From an uncultured Acidobacteriota bacterium (GTDB lineage: Bacteria > Acidobacteriota > Vicinamibacteria > Vicinamibacterales > CAVVIG01): a DNA stretch of 64,000 bases. This document shows, piece by piece, positions 58,203 to 64,000 of this stretch. A model generated the notes under the pieces. That model was not told the DNA's origin. It saw only the letters and a list, made by a program, of their open reading frames with translations, and did not search any database. Each line of letters opens with the position of its first letter. The stretch's first letter is position 1. Position numbers and translations under genes: made by a program. The stretch lies in the NCBI GenBank assembly GCA_963729215.1, contig CAVSND010000005.1:25985-89984 (forward strand), read 5' to 3'.

Positions 58203-59621
58203 ATGGGTCGAGTATTGATTGCCGACGATCATGACGCGCTCCGGCGCGGGCTGGTGCGCGGCCTGATCGAAGCAGGGCACGAGGTCGAGGAAGCCAGCAA
58301 TGGCAACGCCGCGATCGAACGGCTCCACGACAACTACTTCGACGTCGTCCTCAGCGACTTGAAGATGGGCGGCAGCGACGGCATGGACGTGCTGCGGACG
58401 ACGCGCGCGCTGCATCCGACGACGGCCGTCATTCTGATGACCGCGTTCGGCACCGTGAACACCGCCGTCGAGGCCATGAAGATCGGCGCCTTCGACTACG
58501 TCCTCAAGCCCTTCGAAATCGAGGAGATGGAGGTCAAGATCGACAAGGCGCTCGAGGTCAAGCGCCTCAAGAACGAGATCGAATACCTCCGCGACGCGCA
58601 GCAGGATCGCTACGACTTCGATCGCATCGTCGGCTCGAGCCCGCCGCTTCAGCGGGTGCTCGACATTGTCCGGAAGGTGGCGAAGAGCAATACCACCGTG
58701 CTCATCCGCGGCGAAACGGGGACGGGCAAGGAGTTGATTGCCGGCGCCATCCACCACAACTCGCTCCGGACCGCCCGCAACTTCGTGAAGGTGAATTGCG
58801 CGGCGCTCCAGGAAAACCTGCTCGAATCCGAACTGTTCGGGCACGAGAAGGGCGCGTTCACCGGCGCCGACAAGCAGCGCATCGGCCGCTTCGAGCAGGC
58901 CGACGGCGGCACGTTGTTCCTCGACGAAATCGGGGACATGAGCGGCAGCACGCAGGCCAAGATCCTGCGCGTCCTGCAGGAGCACGAGTTCGAACGGCTC
59001 GGCGGCACGCGGACCCTCAAAGTGGACGTCAGGCTCGTGGCCGCCACCAATCGCGACCTGTCGACGATGGTGCAGGCGGGACAGTTCCGCGAAGACCTGT
59101 ACTACCGGCTCAACGTCGTGTCGATCGAGATGCCGCCGCTGCGCGAGCGGAAGGACGATATCGTCCCGCTCGCGAACACCTTCATCCGCAAGTTCGCCGC
59201 CGAGCTGAAGAAGAAGATGGACGGCCTCGAGCCGGACGCGCAGAAGCTGTTGATGCGCTACAACTGGCCGGGCAACATTCGCGAGCTCGAAAACACGATC
59301 GAGCGGGCGATGCTGCTCTGCGAAGGACGCGCGATCGCGGGCGGCGACCTGCGGCTGGGCGAGGTGCCCACGGCGGGCAGCGGCATGCCTCAGCCCGGAT
59401 CGGTCGTCAGGATCCCCGTGACCGGGATCCCGCTCGAGGACGTCGAGCGGCACGCGTTGATCGAAGCGCTGAAGATGTCGAACTGGGTGCAGAAGGACGC
59501 GGCCGAACTGCTGGCCATCAGCCCTCGCGTCATGAACTACAAGATCAAGACGCTCGGCATCGAGTTCCCGCGCGGACGGCGGGCGGCGCCCCTGGAACAG
59601 CCTGTCGCGGCGGCATCATAG
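58203..59621 (+). CDS. NtrC-family sigma54 response regulator (REC-AAA-Fis HTH)
   Basis: LIADD, DLKM, GETGTGKE, GAFTGA, WPGNIREL, NWVQKDAAELL. Confidence 0.95.
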   Translation: MGRVLIADDHDALRRGLVRGLIEAGHEVEEASNGNAAIERLHDNYFDVVLSDLKMGGSDGMDVLRTTRALHPTTAVILMTAFGTVNTAVEAMKIGAFDYVLKPFEIEEMEVKIDKALEVKRLKNEIEYLRDAQQDRYDFDRIVGSSPPLQRVLDIVRKVAKSNTTVLIRGETGTGKELIAGAIHHNSLRTARNFVKVNCAALQENLLESELFGHEKGAFTGADKQRIGRFEQADGGTLFLDEIGDMSGSTQAKILRVLQEHEFERLGGTRTLKVDVRLVAATNRDLSTMVQAGQFREDLYYRLNVVSIEMPPLRERKDDIVPLANTFIRKFAAELKKKMDGLEPDAQKLLMRYNWPGNIRELENTIERAMLLCEGRAIAGGDLRLGEVPTAGSGMPQPGSVVRIPVTGIPLEDVERHALIEALKMSNWVQKDAAELLAISPRVMNYKIKTLGIEFPRGRRAAPLEQPVAAAS

Positions 59622-59623
59622 CC

Positions 59624-59712
59624 GTGGCTCGTCACTCGTAGCTCGTCGCTCGGAGCTCGTAGTCCGTTCGAGCCACGAGTCACGGGCAACGAGCCCCGAG
59701 CCACGAGCCACG
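59624..59712. repeat. GCTCGT/ACGAGC heptamer hairpin between convergent genes
   Basis: gtggctcgtcactcgtagctcgtcgctcggagctcgtag ... cgagccacgagtcacgggcaacgagccccgagccacgagccacg. Confidence 0.8.
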
Positions 59713-59714
59713 GA

Positions 59715-60336
59715 CTACTGCGTCGGCGCCGTCCAGCAGCCGACGCAGCGCGCCTCGTACAGCTCGTCGGCGCCAACCTCGATTCGTCCTGACGAACCCC
59801 CGATTTTCTGCGTCAACCGCGCGTCCTGGCCGCACTGAAAACAGTTGGCGGTGAACTTCTCCACGCGATCGGCAAACGCGAGGAGGTTCGGCATGGGCCC
59901 GAACGGCCTGCGCCCAGGCGTCCAGGTCGAGGCCGGCGGCATAGACCTCGAGGCTCCGCCCGATCTCGACGTCGCCAATCCGGCCGCCCGGCTGATGCGC
60001 GATGAGATCCAGGACGCGGCCGATGGCGTCGTCGAAGAACTGCGCCTCGTCGACTCCCACGACGTCCGGATCGAGCTCGCGGATGAGCGGGCCGAGATCC
60101 TGGGCACTCTTGATGGGATAGGCCTTCATCGACGCGTGCTTCTCGAACTTCTGCGCCGTGCGCTGCTTGCTGACAATCTCGCTGAGGGAGTGAAAACGGT
60201 CGTCGAGCTCCGGTTTCACGACGAGCACCTTGCGGTGGGCGCGCTCTTTTGACTGCAGGCGGGCCATCAACGCCTGCGTCTTCCCGGAGAACATCGGGCC
60301 TGTGTAAACGGTGATCGAACCGTGCGACTCCATCAC
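59715..60336 (-). CDS. tdk: Thymidine kinase; frameshift near 59910
   Basis: GPMFSGKT, VDEAQFF, AGLDLD, PFGPMP, CFQCG, IEVGADELYEARC..CW. Confidence 0.92.
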
Positions 60337-61328
60337 GCTCCTGCCTTCCCCGCCCGTCCGGCGCGCGGGTGGCTCTTCTTGTACACCTCGACCAGCTGCG
60401 CCGCGTTGACGTGAGTGTATCGCTGGGTGGTGCTCAGGCGCGCGTGCCCGAGCAATTCCTGGATCGCGCGGAGATCGGCGCCGCGCTGGAGCAGGTGTGT
60501 CGCGAACGAATGGCGCAGGGCGTGCGGGCTCACGCCGGGCCGCACCCCTGACGCCGCGGCATATCGCCGCACGAGCCGATCGATGCTCCTCACGGTCAGC
60601 CGCGTGCCGCGATAGTTCACGAACAGCGGGTCGCTGTGACGGCCGGCCTGGCGGCTGCCGTCGTGACGACTGCCGTCGTGACGACTGCCGTAGCGTCCGG
60701 CTTTAGCCGGACGTTCGCGAACCAATTGCTCGCGATCCGGAAGATACGTGCGAATCGCGGTCGCGGTGCTCGTGTTGAACGGCACGAGCCGCTGCTTGCC
60801 GCCCTTGCCAAGCGCCCGCACCATCTGGGCGCTGAGGTTCACGTCGTCGATGCCCAGGCCGGCGAGCTCGCTGAGACGCAGGCCCGAGGCGTAGAACAGT
60901 TCCAGAATCGCGCGGTCGCGGCGCGCCAGGGGTTGGTCGGATGGAGGCGCGGTCACGAGGCGGGCCATTTCCTGCTCCGAGAGGTGCACGGGCATGCGGA
61001 CGTCGCGCTTCGGCGTCGGCACCATCGCGCCCGCATCGTCGTCCACCACGCCCTCGCGACGCAGGTACCGAAGGAAGGTGCGGGCCGCCGCAAGTTTGCG
61101 GGCGGCCGAAGCGCGCGACAACCCCCGCTTGTGGAGGTCGGCCATGAAGCCGCGCAGCGCCGCGCGATCGAGGTGCGCCGGCTCGAGGGACGCGCGCGTG
61201 ATGCCGGCCAGCACGGCGGCGTGCCCGAGAAACTGCGCCAGATCGCTCTCGTACGCGCGAACCGTATGCGCCGATGCGCTCCGATTAAGTTTGAGAAACT
61301 GCAGGAAGGCTTTGAGATGTGCGTTCAT
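60333..61328 (-). CDS. xerC: Tyrosine recombinase XerC
   Basis: HTVRAYESDL, YASGLRLSEL, GKGGKQR, HALRHSFATHLL, LGHARLSTTQRY; located after topA-trmFO. Confidence 0.93.
   Translation of the reverse strand: MNAHLKAFLQFLKLNRSASAHTVRAYESDLAQFLGHAAVLAGITRASLEPAHLDRAALRGFMADLHKRGLSRASAARKLAAARTFLRYLRREGVVDDDAGAMVPTPKRDVRMPVHLSEQEMARLVTAPPSDQPLARRDRAILELFYASGLRLSELAGLGIDDVNLSAQMVRALGKGGKQRLVPFNTSTATAIRTYLPDREQLVRERPAKAGRYGSRHDGSRHDGSRQAGRHSDPLFVNYRGTRLTVRSIDRLVRRYAAASGVRPGVSPHALRHSFATHLLQRGADLRAIQELLGHARLSTTQRYTHVNAAQLVEVYKKSHPRAGRAGKAGA
60636..60713. repeat. REP palindrome plus 15-bp tandem repeat inside xerC
   Basis: GTAG-CGTCCGGCTTTAGCCGGACG at 60690-60713; (CTGCCGTCGTGACGA)x2+ encoding GSRHD. 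Confidence 0.8.
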
Positions 61329-62688
61329 GCATCCAGGTCCGGAGGTCGGCCAGCGCCCGTTCGGAGATTGCCAGCTTGCGCGCCGGCTTGTGCTTCGGCG
61401 CCGCCTCGAGCGGCGGCATGATGCCGAAGGTGATGTTCGACGGCTGGTAGTGCGCCGGGTTGGCGTGTGAGACGTAGTACGCGAGCGCGCCGATTGCGGT
61501 CGTGCGAGGCGCGGCGGACGGCCGGCGTCCCGAGACGAGCGCCGCCGCGTTCAGGCCCGCGATCAGCCCCGACGCGGCCGACTCGACATAACCTTCGACA
61601 CCCGACATCTGGCCCGCGCAGAACAGCGACGGCCGGGACCGCACCTGCCACGTGTCGGCGAGCACCGTCGGCCCGTTGATGTAGGTGTTCCGGTGGACCA
61701 TGCCGAAGCGGACGAACTCCGCGCGCTCGAGGCCGGGAATCAGGCGAAGCACGCGTTCCTGGTCGCCCCACTTGATCTGGGTCTGGAAGCCGACCAGGCT
61801 GTAGTGATCGCCGGCGATGTTGTCCTGCCGCAGCTGCACGGCCGCGAACGGGGCACGGCCCGTGGCCGGGTCTGTCAAGCCGACCGGCTTCATGGGGCCG
61901 AAGCGCAGCGTGTCCTGGCCGCGATGCGCCATGACCTCGATCGGCAGGCAGCCTTCGAAGAACACGGCCTTGTCGAAGTCGTGGACCGTGGCCGATTCGG
62001 CCTTGACCAACGCGTCGTAGAAGCGTCCGTACTCCTCGCGGCTCATCGGGCAGTTCAGGTAGTCGCCCTCGCCGTCATCCGCACCGCACGCGGGTCCCTG
62101 TGGCTCGTGGCTCGCCGCCCGTGGCTCGTGGCTTCGATTCCATCTCGAAGCCCGAAACACCTTCGTCCGATCGATCGACTCGGCCAGCACGATCGGACTG
62201 ATCGCGTCGTAAAAGTACAGGTGCTCCTGGCCGACGAGCCGAGCCAGGTCGGCCGAGAGCGTCTCGGAGGTCAACGGACCGGTGGCCAGGATGACCGGGC
62301 GGCGGTCGCTCGAGTCCGGAATCGCGAGGACTTCGTCGCGGACGATCGTGATGAGCGGATGGCGTTCGAGCGACTCCGTGACGAGGCGCGAAAACACGTC
62401 GCGGTCGACAGCGAGCGCCGCGCCGGCCGGCACCCGGCTTTCCTCCGCCGCGCGCATGACCAGCGAGCCCAGGCGGCGCATCTCCTCCTTGAGCAGGCCG
62501 ACGGCGTTGTCCAGCTTGTCGCCCCGGAAGGAGTTGCTGCAGACCAGTTCGGCCAGGTGATCGGTCCGGTGGACGGCCGTGGGCCTCACGGGCCGCATTT
62601 CGTGCAGCGTGACGGAGACGCCCTGCGACGCGGCCTGCCACGCCGCTTCGGAACCCGCCAGGCCGCCGCCGACAATCGTGACGCTCAT
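61285..62688 (-). CDS. trmFO: Folate-dependent tRNA m5U54 methyltransferase TrmFO
   Basis: GGGLAGSEAAWQ, ELVCSNS, FFEGCLPIE, GPMKPVGL, GVEGYVESAASG. Confidence 0.97.
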   Translation of the reverse strand: MSVTIVGGGLAGSEAAWQAASQGVSVTLHEMRPVRPTAVHRTDHLAELVCSNSFRGDKLDNAVGLLKEEMRRLGSLVMRAAEESRVPAGAALAVDRDVFSRLVTESLERHPLITIVRDEVLAIPDSSDRRPVILATGPLTSETLSADLARLVGQEHLYFYDAISPIVLAESIDRTKVFRASRWNRSHEPRAASHEPQGPACGADDGEGDYLNCPMSREEYGRFYDALVKAESATVHDFDKAVFFEGCLPIEVMAHRGQDTLRFGPMKPVGLTDPATGRAPFAAVQLRQDNIAGDHYSLVGFQTQIKWGDQERVLRLIPGLERAEFVRFGMVHRNTYINGPTVLADTWQVRSRPSLFCAGQMSGVEGYVESAASGLIAGLNAAALVSGRRPSAAPRTTAIGALAYYVSHANPAHYQPSNITFGIMPPLEAAPKHKPARKLAISERALADLRTWMHERTSQSLPAVSQT

Positions 62689-62706
62689 GAGCCGTTACGG
62701 CTCATT

Positions 62707-64000
62707 CTACGCCGCTGTTTCGGGAAGTTCCTCGGATCGCGCGTAATCGCAGTCTTCGTTGTTGCAGAGCAGCTGCCGGCCCAGTTTCTTCGTGATCTTC
62801 TCGACCAGGTACGGCGCGTTGCACTTCGGGCACGGTTCGAGGATCGGCCGGTTCCAGAGGACGAAGTCGCAATCCGGGTAGTTCGAGCAGCCGAAGAACG
62901 ATTTCCCGCGCTTCGACTTCCGTTCGACCACTTCGCCGCCCTTGTCGGCGTCCTTCGGGCACAGAAGGCCCGTGGTCTTGTGCTTGATGTACTTGCACTC
63001 GGGATACCGCGTGCAGGCGGTGAATTCGCCGAAGCGTCCCTGCTTGACGACCAGGTTCGCGTTGCACTTCGGGCACAGTTCGTCGAGCACCTGGTCGCGC
63101 TTGGCCGCGGTGAGCCCGCCCTGCTTGTTGGCGATGAGCTTCCGCGTCGTCTTGCACTCCGGGTAGCCCGAGCACGCCAGGAACGGCCCGAACCGGCCGC
63201 GCTTGACGGCCATCGGCTTGCCGCAGTTCTCGCACGGCTCGATCTCTTCCTCGCCCGACTCGGACTCGGGCTCCTGTGTCTCGACCTCGCGCGTGTTCGT
63301 GCACTCCGGATATGCGCTGCAGGCGATGAACGGACCGAACTTGCCCACCCGCTTCAGCATCGGGTGGCCGCACTTGTCGCACGCCTCGCCGATCTCGACG
63401 CCTTTCTTGAGATCGATCATCTCCTTGCCGGCGCGCGCGAGATCCTTCTTGAACTTCTTGTAGAACGCCGTGAGCGTCTTGACGTAGTCGGTCTTGCCTT
63501 CCTCAATCTTGTCGAGATCTTCCTCGAGGCTTCGCGTGTACTCGACGTCGATGATGTCGTCGAAGCTCTTGGTGAGGATGTCGCTGATCATCACGCCGAG
63601 CGCCGACGGCTTGAAGCGTCCCTCGGTCTTGTTCACGTACTCGCGGTCCTGCAGCACGCCGATGATCGACGCGTACGTGCTCGGCCTGCCAATCCCGTTT
63701 TCCTCGAGCTCCTTGACCAGGGTGGCCTCGGAGAACCGTGGAGGCGGCTGCGTGAACTTCTGCTCCGGCCGCAGCGCTTTCAGCTCGAGACGATCGCCCT
63801 CGGCGAGCGGCGGCAGCACGCCCGAGGCGGCGTCGTCCTCGTCCGAGGCCTCGCCGGCGGCCGGGCCGCTGGTTTCTTTCTGCTCGCTCTCCCCGGGCGT
63901 CAACCCGTAGGTGGCCATCCAGCCGGGGAACTTTGGAACCGTGCCCTTGACACGGAACAGATAGTCGCCCGCCGTAATGTCCACGGTGGTTTCGTCGAAC
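62707..64000 (-). CDS. topA: DNA topoisomerase I (5' part outside the window)
   Basis: FTQPPPRFSEATLVKELEENGIGRPSTYA plus several C4 zinc ribbons. Confidence 0.97.
   Translation of the reverse strand, partial: FDETTVDITAGDYLFRVKGTVPKFPGWMATYGLTPGESEQKETSGPAAGEASDEDDAASGVLPPLAEGDRLELKALRPEQKFTQPPPRFSEATLVKELEENGIGRPSTYASIIGVLQDREYVNKTEGRFKPSALGVMISDILTKSFDDIIDVEYTRSLEEDLDKIEEGKTDYVKTLTAFYKKFKKDLARAGKEMIDLKKGVEIGEACDKCGHPMLKRVGKFGPFIACSAYPECTNTREVETQEPESESGEEEIEPCENCGKPMAVKRGRFGPFLACSGYPECKTTRKLIANKQGGLTAAKRDQVLDELCPKCNANLVVKQGRFGEFTACTRYPECKYIKHKTTGLLCPKDADKGGEVVERKSKRGKSFFGCSNYPDCDFVLWNRPILEPCPKCNAPYLVEKITKKLGRQLLCNNEDCDYARSEELPETAA

Overview
High-GC bacterial chromosome segment. Gene content and repeat style suggest Acidobacteriota, probably Vicinamibacteria-like; this is inference. 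Single-base frameshifts recur through many genes, including housekeeping ones (nrdJ, transaldolase, tdk, tamA-like, mltF), and look like long-read assembly errors. Left to right: a polysaccharide export (Wza-like) gene; a divergent pair of sensor-less sigma54 activators sharing an unusual C-terminal domain; transport and hydrolase genes; a 9-gene orphan biosynthetic cluster (FkbM MTase, RibD-C reductase, SAM MTase, GT4, PTPS-IV-type COG0720 protein, Zn dehydrogenase, CDP-alcohol phosphatidyltransferase, GTP cyclohydrolase II, membrane sulfatase/LTA-synthase-like protein); class II RNR nrdJ with NrdR boxes; an hslVU-lipoprotein-tal-pccB-BCCP-tamB-tamA-SurA-like run; an envelope/anSME cassette; an ECF sigma/anti-sigma operon; two cytoplasmic two-component systems around an ABC-F gene; and tdk-xerC-trmFO-topA. 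Several dispersed repeat families occur (GTAG REP-like palindromes, a ~105-bp octamer-armed element, 7-9-mer microsatellite hairpins), some inside coding sequence. No rRNA, tRNA, CRISPR array or transposase was seen. The best candidate for an uncharacterised system is the PTPS-IV/GCH II/lipid-transfer cluster at 10.9-19.4 kb, followed by the paired sensor-less bEBP switch.
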